DNA of 59,661 nucleotides, filler included, from Asterionella formosa (Eukaryota), in assembly GCA_002256025.1 (NCBI GenBank). It is 7 parts of 7 records of this genome, joined end to end, with 100 filler letters (N's around TTAATTAATTAA, not from the genome) between each part and the next. Parts side by side here need not be neighbours in the genome. Positions count along the whole stretch, not along the records: positions 8,545 to 16,986 come from NKIB01012187.1; positions 17,087 to 25,526 come from NKIB01012189.1; 5 more parts are not named here. One strand, 5' to 3'. The position numbers and the translations under genes were made by a program. Below the pieces are notes generated by a model. The model was not told the origin of the DNA. It saw nothing but the letters and a program-made list of their open reading frames with translations, and searched no databases. This document shows, one piece after another, positions 12,174 through 23,699 of this stretch; the first letter of the stretch is position 1, and each line of letters starts with the position of its first letter.

Positions 12174-13336
12174 TCTTGTACAGGGGAATGAAATGGACTG
12201 TTCGACATCAGTCATTCTTATACAGGGAAAATGAAATGGACAGTTCGAGGGTAGATATATAATAAGAACAACATGAAACGAACATGTGTTGTGGAATAAC
12301 AATCATATATTACTGGGTAAGGGCTTCCAATTACCACTACATAGAGTTGGGATTATTGATGTTCTATCAAACATAAAATACCGGTAATGGCCTACCACAA
12401 TACCCGTATGGTACCAGGTACCAGGGTGCCAGGTAGTGCATATCACGCATGGCTGATGAGCGAGGGATATCAATATGATACCTGATGGTAGTGCTTGCCT
12501 TCTGCATGATGTTTACCAGTACGGTAGGTGGTACTACCTGATAAGTACCGGGTACCAGAGCAAGTTCAGGTAATTACTAAAACTAAAACTTTAGCTATCT
12601 TTATCCTATATTAGCCAATGACCTGCAAGGGTTGTATTGCTTTTAGCATGATCGATAAAAAAATAATATGATGCTCCGAGATCTCAGTTAGTACCAGGTA
12701 CCTGGTACCAGAGTGCGGTGCTCCGTACCTGGTACCAGATAGCTATTTATGCATAATATGTACACACCGGTACTCCGAGTAGCAGGTTTAAATTTTACTA
12801 CAGAACCGGTGCTTCGCTCGAGTAAAAATGTATTAGTACATATGTAGGCTGATAGTTAGTACGTATCATGATACATCGGGATTATGACCTACAGACGTAC
12901 GTACTCCCTCTACCGGTACTGGTAACACATTTATTTTATTCTGTACGTAGACTACGGGATGTTGTACAGTATGATAGTACATAGGAGGATACTCCACCTC
13001 CTTAAAAACCTCAGCTTATAACCCATTGATTTCAGCACCAGTGAAACATTTTGAAAAGGACAAGTATCAGTAGTAAGAGAGCGAAATTGTGGGGAAAACA
13101 TCCTCTGCTATGTGGCAGAGGATGATATATGTATGGATGGTAGGAGTACCTTGTACCAGGTAGCTGGTATTGTCGTACTGTCCATATCGGGGTATAATAA
13201 TATACCGGTAAGGAAACTGAAGAAATGTTGACATTCGCATAACAACAACAAAAGTATATAATCCCATTTTGACTCCATATAAAAGCACTTGGTTGTAAAC
13301 GAAGTGAATTCATTTAACTCTTAATTACTCATCAAC

Positions 13337-14870
13337 ATGGGATCCAAAAGCAAAGCTGTACGTGACGAGTATACATAAAGAGAAATGTAGGACAATGAAC
13401 AGTTGTTCGATTCTGGATCCGCACAGCAGTATTCGGTTCAACGGCGTCTGTGATAGTGTGGCGGCGAGTATTGTTCGACATTGGGCACCTCTCGTTCTCA
13501 CTATGTTCCTTCCTTTCTTACAGACAAAAAAGGCAGAGGAACTTGCCAAGAAGAAGGTGGAAGAGAGCGACAGCTCTTCCTCCGATAGCTCTTCCGAAAG
13601 TAGCGAAGATGAAGCGCCCGCCAAGGTGAAAAAGACTTCGAGTAAAGTTGTTGCCAAAAAGGAAGCCAAGGTTGTTGTTGCCAAAAAGGAAACAAAGATT
13701 GTTGCCAAAAAGGAAACGAAGGTTGTTGCCAAGAAAGAGGAGAGTAGCTCTGACTCTTCAGACTCCAGCGATGACGAGGAGCAAAATGTACAAGTGACCA
13801 AGACCAAAGTTGTTGCCAAGAAGGACGACAGCAGCTCGGATACTTCGGACTCGAGCGATGATGAAGAGGAAGAGGAGGCCCCAAAGGTCGAAGGGAAGAC
13901 CAAGGCAGTCGTCAAGAAGGATGAAACGTCTGACTCTTCCTCAGAAGAATCCTCTGACGATGATGAAGAAGAAACTAAAAAGGTTGAGCCAAAGAAGGTC
14001 ACCGTCAAAAAGGTGGAAAGTTCTTCGGACTCTGACGATGATACTGAAGAGTCGGAAGTCCCCGCCGAAAAAGTAGAAACGAAACGCAAGTCTACCGACG
14101 CAGCTTCTAATGAACAACCGCCTGCCAAAAAGTTGGCTTCTTCTGGTGGTGAGACCAAGGTCTTTATTCGGGGTTTACCTTGGAAAGCTGGCGAAGACGA
14201 AGTTCGTGACTACTTTGCTACGTGCGGAGAAATCACTTCTCTTGAAATGCCAACCATGGAAGACGGCCGTTCGTCAGGAACTGCCATTATTGATTACGCC
14301 ACCACTGAAGCTGCGGAAGCATGTATTGCCCTCAATGGAGAAGACTTCCAGGGACGGTGGTTGAGTATTAAGTACTCAAGTGAAAAGCCTGTCTTTCAAG
14401 GACGCCCTCCTTCTGAAAAGCAAGAAGGATGTGTCAGTGTGTTTGTCGGAAACTTGGCTTGGAATATTGATGAAGAGACCCTCAAGGCTGCCTTTGCTGA
14501 CTGTGGGGAAGTTAAGGGAATCCGCTTTGCTATGGACAGAGAGACAGAAGAATTCAAGGGCTTTGGTCATGTTGAGTTTTACGACACCGCGGCGACAGAT
14601 GCTGCTGTCAAATTGGCTGGAACAGACATTTTGGGACGTGCCATTCGTGTTGATTACGCAAACGACCGTAAGAACGATGCCGCAGGTGGTCGTGGTGGTG
14701 GACGAGGAGGTGGCCGCGGTCGTGGACGAGGTGATGGTGGACGTGGAGGAGGACGTGGACGTGGGGGCTATGATGGTGGACGTGGAGGTGGACGAGGAGG
14801 TGGCTCGTCCTTTGGTGCCAAGAAGCATGGTGCCATTGCTGAATTCAAGGGAAACAAGATCACGTTTTAA
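13337..14870 (+). CDS. Nucleolin/NSR1/Gar2-like RNA-binding protein; exons 13337-13357 and 13524-14870
   Basis: Alternating Lys-rich and Ser/Asp/Glu-rich blocks, two RRMs (VFIRGL...SGTAII; VFVGNL...KGFGHVEF), an RGG tail and a terminal FKGNKITF. The intron GTACGT...TTACAG is phase 0. Confidence 0.93.
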
Positions 14871-15848
14871 TACCAGTATTATATACACCTGAACCTAAAT
14901 TAATTCAATTAACTGCATATTTAAATTAAAACCTCTGCTCGGTGTGCAATATAATTCTTTGATTGCAGCATTGATATAGTTGCAATAGGCTGCTACCTAC
15001 CGATTCTGTTTCGCCATGACAAAATTTAATTGTATGGCGGACCTGTAGTATGGCAAACATAGAAGTTCAGTCGAAACTTATCATTATTGAATATATCATG
15101 TTGAAATGGCAAGCAAAAAGGGAAATAAACCAACAACGCAATATCAGGAAAACTTTAGGAGGTAAATGGAATAGAATATTGGCAAAGCAGTTAGCATTTT
15201 GATGTTCACTATCAAACTACAAAGTATTCGGAGCTAAGTGGTTGTTAGTTGAGTAATGTATGTACGAAAAACTGAACAATCAATGAATATGTACATGTAA
15301 AAGATGAAAAGTGAGAGTTGGTTGTTTATTTATGACTACTGATGTAGATAAATAAAATAAGGTCAAAAAATGGTGGAATTAGAGCGGAGGCCAGGAAATT
15401 GGTTTTTAACTTCATCCTCTTTTCCCGAAGGATTTAATATTAATACACATAGCTTGTCTTGAAAGAAAAAGCTAGTATAGAAGTTAGTCCGAGAAATTTA
15501 ACAATACAACCGAGTGCTCCCTGGTGGTTTCGTCCAATTCTATTCACCATGGAAGACACCTTCACAAGAATTTGTCATGCGCATTTCAGGCAATCTAAAA
15601 AAGTCTTTAATCTTTCTTATGAATATTATGTATGAATAGACTACGGTTTCGGTGTAGCGAGAACTTGTCAAGACGGCTTACTAATAATACAATAATAGCT
15701 TCGGCTTCCCTGTGGACCGATGTTCAAGATTCCTTCAAAATTCTCAAACCGTGACACCATGAACCAACGTTGCAGTTGGAACGTAGCGTGCAGGACGAAA
15801 GGAATAGGCACACCAATCCGAGAAGGATGCTGTTGAAAGTCAAACTGC

Positions 15849-16986
15849 TCAAGCAGTGATACCGTCGAGGTAGCAGTCCGACATTTTGAAATCATTCCAG
15901 TCAAATCTGAAAAGTTTGATTTTTTCATTGACCACATCAATATCACTTCCGTACTTGGAGTGAAGCTCGTCTGCAAGCTTCAAGGCGATAATTTCTTGAC
16001 CCATGTTCAGGCCATCAATATTGTCGTCGGGGTAGTGAACACCAGCAACAGTTCTCGCGTATGAGATAGCATAGTCCAAGCGCTTGACTTCGCAGACCTG
16101 TGCTTCCGTGAGATTCATAACCACTGGTAGCCAAAGGCTGGCACTTGATGCAGCTGAATGCATCGCTGGCCACGATGGGTGCTGAGGGCAGCCTTCCGGG
16201 TAGGCTGTGAAGCTCGTCATGTTAGTCAACTGGAACTTGGCAATAGTTTCAACAACGTCCTCAGGAGCTTCAATTTCCCCGGTGTGAATTTTCCAAGCCA
16301 CTTCTTCGGGTCTCATCCGTCCGACATAGTACTTCACTCCAAAGTTCAAGGGTCCTACAGCAGTGACGGCCCAAGAATTCAAATAACAGACCAAGACAAT
16401 ACCGCGAAGGAATTCGGCTGTACAGGTATAAGGAATGATAGTCGTGTCAACCTTGGATCCTGAGGCAAAAAATAGCTTAATCAAGTCGAGGTGGTAAATT
16501 CCGAGAATCTTGTTGTGGACAGCGTCAGCAACGTCGCTGATATTGAACCCTTGCCAGATAACTGGAAGCGGAATAAACTCCGAGACAGAAGCGTTATTCA
16601 GTCGTTTCTCTTGCATATCAACGACTTCACGGAAATTCTCCCAAAATGGAGACGTGATGTCGCTTGATGGATTCGAGGGCAACCCACCAACCGAGTCAAT
16701 GAGGAATTTGAAAGAGATATCACATTCGCTGCAGTCCGCTTCCACAATAATTGACGGGCACAACGATTTTCGGAACCATTGAGCCGTCGCCAAGTCAAGT
16801 GGATAGTCTTCTGGCATCATTGGCAACATTGCTCCTTCGGGCACTATGTCATCCTTAAAGTTGATTTTGTTGTAGCGAAGGCCTAGATCATATGGATCAA
16901 GAGGTGCTTTGGTGGCAGGCGGCTTAGGCGTCGGTTTGTCTTTGTCGTCCTTGAAAGGTGGCTTCACTTTGGGCGGCTCAGGTGCT
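15849..16986 (-). CDS. Vanadium-dependent haloperoxidase / PAP2-superfamily protein (5' end lost at the scaffold edge)
   Basis: Three PAP2/VHPO motifs in order: KYYVGRMRP, HPSWPAMH, ARTVAGVHYPDD. The visible N-terminal part is Pro/Lys-rich. Confidence 0.78.
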
Positions 16987-17211
16987 NNNNNNNNNNNNNN
17001 NNNNNNNNNNNNNNNNNNNNNNNNNNNNNNTTAATTAATTAANNNNNNNNNNNNNNNNNNNNNNNNNNNNNNNNNNNNNNNNNNNNGCCCCTTTTTTGGG
17101 CGGGAGTTCTTCATGTGTACCTGTACATCATATGCCAATAACATTTTATCATATATAGTATACAGAGTACCAGCAGCAGGTAGGAAGTGATATACTGGCG
17201 GTAGTGAGATT

Positions 17212-17657
17212 AGTATGTGAGCAACAGAACACCATATGTTCATGACTGTTGCTACTGCAGTGGGACAGTAAATCATCATAGTTTCAGGATCATATGATCA
17301 TAAAATTGAAAAAGAATAGTCGGAGTAGTAAGCGAGCAAAAGAGCACCATATCTTCATGACTGCTGCTACTGCAGCGGGACATTAAATCATCATATTTTT
17401 AAGATCGTATGATCATAAAATTGAAAAAGAATAGTCGGAGTAGAAAGCGAGCAACAGAACACCATATGTTCATGACTGTTGCTACTGCAGCGGGACGGTA
17501 AATCATCATAGTTTCAGGATCGTATGATCGTAAAATTGAAAGATGGTAGTCGGAGTAGTAAGCAAGCAACAGAACACTATATGTTCTGGACTGTTGCTAC
17601 TATAGTGGGACAGTAAATCATCATAGTTTTAGGATTGTATAATTGCATAATTGAAAA
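17212..17657. repeat. 115-bp tandem repeat, ~3.9 copies
   Basis: The (G/A)AGCAA anchor recurs at 17219, 17334, 17449 and 17564, with shared CACCATAT..TCATGACTG..GCTACT..GGGAC..AAATCATCATA. Confidence 0.92.
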
Positions 17658-17841
17658 CAAGATACACTATTACTCAAACTCGGTTCTGATTTTGTATATG
17701 ATAATGTAAATAGCACTGTAGACAGTGTAAAATATATATGTAGTGGCTGATGATTCATTTCATTGTAGCTAGCAACACCTGATTTTAAGATCATCGAACT
17801 TTAAGGAAGACAACGACAACAGTTATCTAGTAGTACAAGCA

Positions 17842-19751
17842 ATGTCTTAAAAAAACCATAAAGAGGTTCATGGAAACAAGCAACATGTGGCAAATACTGC
17901 CGGTATGGAACAAAGAAGCAAGTTCCAAAATGAATTAACAAAGAACAAGCGAATAGGCGATTATCCAAAGGAACCCAATCGGCGACAGGGAGTTAGCAGT
18001 GGTGTCCCCATCGTCGATGGGGACACCATCAGCTACTAGTACAAAGGCTCCCGTAATTGATACTGAATGCGATAATGATGTTTCTTTTTCAGTTGATGAT
18101 ACAAGAAAAATGGCTCCTATCGATGATACCATTAATAAGTCCCGGATGCAGTAGATGGATGACATGGTACCATATCATAAATTTTCTAATTGCACGGACC
18201 AACAAGTACATGACAAACTGAAGAGGGAAAAACATTTTGCACTTGCCAAAGGATATCATCAATTGGTCAATGAACTCAATCACTACAAAGGTCGTAATTC
18301 GGTTCAAAACTCGTCCATACAACAAGGTTATCAAGAATCTTCAATTTCAGCAGCCTTATCAGAATGTTGTTCCCACTTAGCTAAAATTGAACCATCAATT
18401 GTCACAAAGGTTGTGACTTTTTTTCAAGACCAAGAAGTTTCGCTGTGAACATGTAAGTTTGAGGTTATACTTCGTGAATTGCAGGTACTGTAAAACAGAA
18501 TATCAATCTAATGTGCATTTTTCTGGTCCCAAAAGAGAATCAAACATCCCGCCCTACTTATCTGGTTCAAGTAGTATGAACGGCATTCCCAATCACAAAC
18601 AGGATTGGTTTGCTTGCCCAACGTTGACCTGCCTAACTCGGCTATACACAGTGAAACCGGAGTTAGGCAAAGACGTGGAGAGTGACCCAGAGCTTGCCAA
18701 TTTCGTATGGAATGGTTCTGATGCACTACTTCCGATGAATCAGACCATTGAACGTACCAACAAGGCATGTTTAGAATACATCAAATCAACATTTGGTGGC
18801 ATGTGCATTAAAAGGTTGAGGTAGAGAATGTCAGAATGTATTGAATAATCGATTTAAAGGAATCTTAGGTAAGTTCTTGCAGGGTGGGAGATGCTCTGAA
18901 AGCATGATGCTTTGAGTTGGTGATTATATTCTTATCAGATATGTTTGAATTTAAAAATGCTAACATAATTCATGACACACCAGCTGGTCTAACAGAATAT
19001 AACTTCCAGACTATGGATATTGATGACCTTATTAGGTTGTGGGCGTTCACGCTTTATCGTTTTGCGCAGTCAAAGGACATTGACAGGGGAAGCCAAGGAT
19101 ACCAAGCAAGTCTTGCGTGATGTTCTTGCTCCAGTGTATTTTATAGGCAGGACAAGCCGTGGAGAGCCATTTTTATCCGGAGAGAAATCTAGTGTGACCA
19201 TATTTTAACTAAGTCTTCTGGCACAGTGTGAATTGCAATCACGTTTTGTTGGTTCGCTGATCAATGCCAGTACAGAAGCATTTTGCTTCTTGGTGCTGAA
19301 AGGAAAATTCCGATTGCAACAAAAATATTTGGGTTTCAATCCATAGATACGCATGAAATTTCAGAGAGATATTCGTCATTCTACTGATTTTGTCGACATT
19401 GTTGGTGGGAAACCACTTATCAAAAAAAGTGTGAGGGAAGAAAGTTCAGTTTCAAATGGTGGTCTCACTGATCAACGGACTGATGATTTACTCGGTTATT
19501 ATAAGGAAATCTACACTGGACTTTCACAAAAGAATCGATTTGAATATGGAAGGAATCCTAGTGGAATTGCTACTTCCACAACAATTATCATCTACCCACA
19601 CTCATACTTCTCATTTCCCAATGTAAGTGAAGATGATATGCATCAATATGTTGAACCACTTCAACCAAATGTTCCTGAGAAGAATATAGATTACAATGAA
19701 CGCATTAATCAACGGGACATTGATGACAACGTCGATTTTGAATGGATCTAA
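17842..19751 (+). pseudogene. Fragmented unknown ORF upstream of the Plavaka-type transposase
   Basis: A chain of collinear + strand ORF pieces (18155, 18459, 18917, 19020, 19353) broken by stops and frameshifts. No family recognised; the start is approximate. Confidence 0.45.
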
Positions 19752-20038
19752 TAGAATCCAATGCATGCTTAGTAGTTACATAATAAATATAGTTAGTGTG
19801 AGACTTCCACAATGCACAAACCATATAATAGATGTTAGGAAAACATTGATGTTGCTCTATACTAGTAGTAGTGGCGCCTGTACTGTATGTAGCGGTTTAC
19901 CTCCATTTTTACTACTGTGGTGGAGTGATAATATCACGACTCTCTATTGTCCAGCACAGCATGATCTGAGTGATGCTAAATTTATTATTAATATTTCATT
20001 TTCATTCTATCCTGTTCATATCCTGACTTTTTCATCAT

Positions 20039-23000
20039 TTGAAATTTGCAATGTCTTTGCGGACATTACAATGGTGTTATCTGTGTAACTACAAACTTCG
20101 GAAGAACAAATCCCCATCTGAGTCTCACAACCAAAATTGTAGCAGCCGTTTTTTCTATGCATATGATCACTGTCGACATTGCATGCAGGATCATCGAGTT
20201 CCTGGAATACATAATGAAACTGTGTGTTGCGGTAGTGCATCGAATCATTCAAGGAAAGAAGTTAATGGCAGTGTAACTGCTGCAGCATTTAGGGAGAGTA
20301 GACAACAAGAAGAGATTATGTGTCCTTTCCTTGAATCAAGTGGCCACAATCATCCATTTAATGACGACAGCAACGATTCAGTTTATAACAATATTCAGTC
20401 GCAACAAGACGAACAATTGATACTTAAAACTCTCCAAGAATTGAATTCAGAGACCATGCAATATTCAGATTTTCAAGGTCACACTGGCTTTCTCCTTGAA
20501 AATGCAATAGAAATGCCCCTTCCCACTTCCAAGGAAACTTCCAAGTAAACATTCCCCAAACATGCGCGCATCCAATCGAATTAGAACTCATGTTATTCCT
20601 TAACAAGAATTACCTTCCACCAGTTTACTTTGATCATCTAATGAAATGGCTGTTCACGGCAAAAGCAATCAAATATTTTGATGGAAGGTATCAAGCTCCA
20701 TCCTACCAGACTTTGAAAAAACGCATGGATATGCATTTCATTTCCACCAACATTAGCTGGTGGTCAACTGTTGACCAAAAAAATACAGAATGATAACAAT
20801 TCAAACATGATCATCCCACGCACACTCCATTATTTCGAACCAGTACAGCTCATGGCAGGATTGCTACGTGATTCCGATATCATGCAACATTTTGTATGTC
20901 ACCCACAAGTGAAACTTACAACTTGTGGAGAACGCATATATGACAAAAAAACTTCCGCGACATTTGAAAATGCATTCAACAACTCTCCTGCTTCATAAAA
21001 TGGAGTGTTGAAGACAGGGTGTTTATTTGTTGCCCTAGCAGCCAGTTTTCAGTGATGGTTCGCTCACCTATTGATAAACAAATGAAACATTCCGAGCATC
21101 AGTTTTTGTTGACAATGTTAAACTTAACGTTAGAAGGAAGGAATAAAAAAAGTTGATGGATGGCAATTAGTATCTCTTTTGCCAGACATTGAAGTCAGTG
21201 ATCTGGAGAAACAAATGAATAATAAGTTATCTGGTGATGACTTGTCCTTATGTCGACTCAAATAATACCATTCTGTTACAGGATTTCTATTGTCGCCTTT
21301 CGAAGATCCAAACAAGTAATACGATATTTGGGTTCATGGTATTGGCATGACAAAAGTATATTTCCAGATTGGAATGATTATTGGTGATACAGAAGAGCAC
21401 AATAAAATTTGTGGTTTCAGGGGTGGTAATGGATTATATCGACGATATGTTTGTCTTGATTGCCTGGTTTCAACTGAAGATGCTGATAATCCCGATATTG
21501 GATGTGAACGTCGTAAAGTGTCAGATGTTAAAAAGCTTTAAAACAAATTTCTTGACAAAAATGCATATGCCAATGGAAAATTACCATGTATCCCACCTGA
21601 GTATTGTGTCTCCCAATCTAATGGCAAATACGCAACAGCAAACGAGTGGTGCCATGGTATATCGCATAATCCTATTATGCCTGCACTAATAGATCTTTTT
21701 TTATGTGGTGACTTAAAAGGATTATTTGATGCAACTCCATTTGAGGTTCTTCATCAATTACTACTTGGAATATTTAAGTACATTTTGGAATCATTGTACA
21801 ATTATCGGACTATCCCTGAAGAATTGACATGTTTTTTTAAGAATGAAAATCACCGGATATTCCAGAGAACATCTCTGATCAGAAACGTATCACTGAAGCA
21901 ACAGACTCTGCTTTTCTTGATCAAGAGCAACCGAAAAAACGGGCGAAGACCAAAAAGGACACACGCACCAGTTACCAAAAATATCTAGTACTACACTGGC
22001 AAAAATCAAGACGCAACACTTGTACCAGCACCAGAAATGTATTTTCGAAACTATACTTCGAACAAAGTACTAGATATATCAATAGTCATTTGGAAAGCAA
22101 GGCAAAGCGATCGTGATATTCCAAAATTGTCATACAGATCTGGGATGACAGCTTTGTCAAAAACATCAGGGCAAGAAATTCCCGGATTATGTCTGTTAAA
22201 TATTTTTTCAATGGGTGGAATGATGGGTTCAGAGAACATGCACCTAGAAAAGGATTTCACATTGCTGTTATGGTTATGTATATCTATCAGTGACACTTTA
22301 TTCATACCGCAGTACACATCAACATGCATTGATATTTTAGAGGAAAGGGTTAAGAGATTTATGTCAGTTACTAAGATTATGATTGGTCCCTAACGGGAAT
22401 TGGCTTACGAATGGCAAAATTTCATGGAATGAAACATTACCCTCATCTGATTAGGAAGTTCGGATCTCCTCTTAATTTCTTTGGTGGATATTTGGAGTCT
22501 TTTTTGAAAGACAAATTGAAACTGCCCAGTAAGCGTGTCAATGGACAATTACATCGATTAAAGCATGACATTTTAATAAGGTCATATGAAACAAGGCAGT
22601 TTGCCTTGGCACTAAAAATTGTTTTTGTAAGTGATTCATTACATACAGAAAACAAACAAAAGAAGATGAGTAGAGAAAATACCATCAATGTAACTGAGGG
22701 TATTTCAACAGAAATCGATTTCGAGGGAATGATTCAGGATATAAGGATGTTGCCTAGTACTAGTATGTCGCCTGATAATTTGGGAATATCGCCTACCAAG
22801 ATCCATTCACCATCCCTTCCTGTTAAAGTACATTTCTCGGCTTCATCATCAAATGGTCTATAGACTATAGCAGGTGTCCATAATAAGATTGGGCTTGTAT
22901 CACGGAGTTAGGATGCACCCTTGTCTCAATTGATTCATCCTGATTTACCAAAGGGTGTCAACTACGTAAAGGGCATTGCGAATTCAGCAATAGAAATAGC

Positions 23001-23600
23001 AAGATTAAAAAGTTTTGAGGATGGGGTTAGGCCTGTTTCCATTGTAAGGATTGACTTTTATTATCATGTTGAACTTGAAAGTATCGTTCCCGGCCAAACT
23101 ACTATTTTCAGATGCCATCCGAAATGGAATAATGATTCAAATGCAGGAATCTCTGGTCGTGAATAGTTTGACTGGGTCGAAGTGAACTGGGAGAAAGTTC
23201 CTAAACAGTTCCGGCAAAACTACTTTTTTGGGGAAATGTTATTTTCTCCAACACAACAACCATTCTCTTAGCGTGTATTATTTGCTTGAAAAGTTCAACT
23301 GAAATGAAAATTCACAAACGTATGTTTTTTGCAAGAGCGAGGAGACACCTTATGCAATGATACAAATGAATTGAGCGGGTGGAGGGTTGTAACTCTAACC
23401 CTAACCCTAACCCTAACCCTTTTGAATTTCATAACATACTTTTGGCAGCATTTGTTGTTCCTGCTTTGAAACCACAGGAATCAAGCCAAGGATATCTCTG
23501 AAACCGCAAGAAGTTTTGGAACAGATACGGAAAGATAATTTTTATGTTGCCATGCCTCCACGTAATTTATGGAAATCAATCGGAGGGACCAAAAACTAAC
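20039..23600 (+). pseudogene. Decayed Plavaka-type (CACTA-related) transposase
   Basis: Collinear motifs FEPVQLMAGLLRD, FSDG, IIGDTEEHNKICG...CLDC, TPFEVLHQLLLG, KFHGMKHYPHLIRKFGSPLNFFGGYLESFLK, FRCHPKW...FDWVEVNW, AFVVP. The same order occurs in 47157-49957. Confidence 0.72.
23390..23420. repeat. Interstitial telomere-type repeat (TAACCC)4 plus one degenerate unit
   Basis: TAACTC TAACCC TAACCC TAACCC TAACCC T, read directly. Confidence 0.85.
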
Positions 23601-23699
23601 AAGCGAACGTTGATAAATAAACAAGAATAATTTAAATAATAGTGATACTATCATTTCACATACTAGGTTATTTATTAGGAGGTTTTCACAAACTACAAT

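Noticed and set aside
13325..14892. Long antisense and alternate-frame ORFs over nucleolin (similar ones overlie myosin, USP, ankyrin and kinesin)
   Set aside because: Shadow ORFs arising from low-complexity or codon-biased coding sequence; no independent motifs.
17212..17657. CRISPR-like array (also considered for 33939-34050 and 58171-58780)
   Set aside because: Units are similar along their whole length with no unique spacers, there are no cas genes, and the context is eukaryotic.
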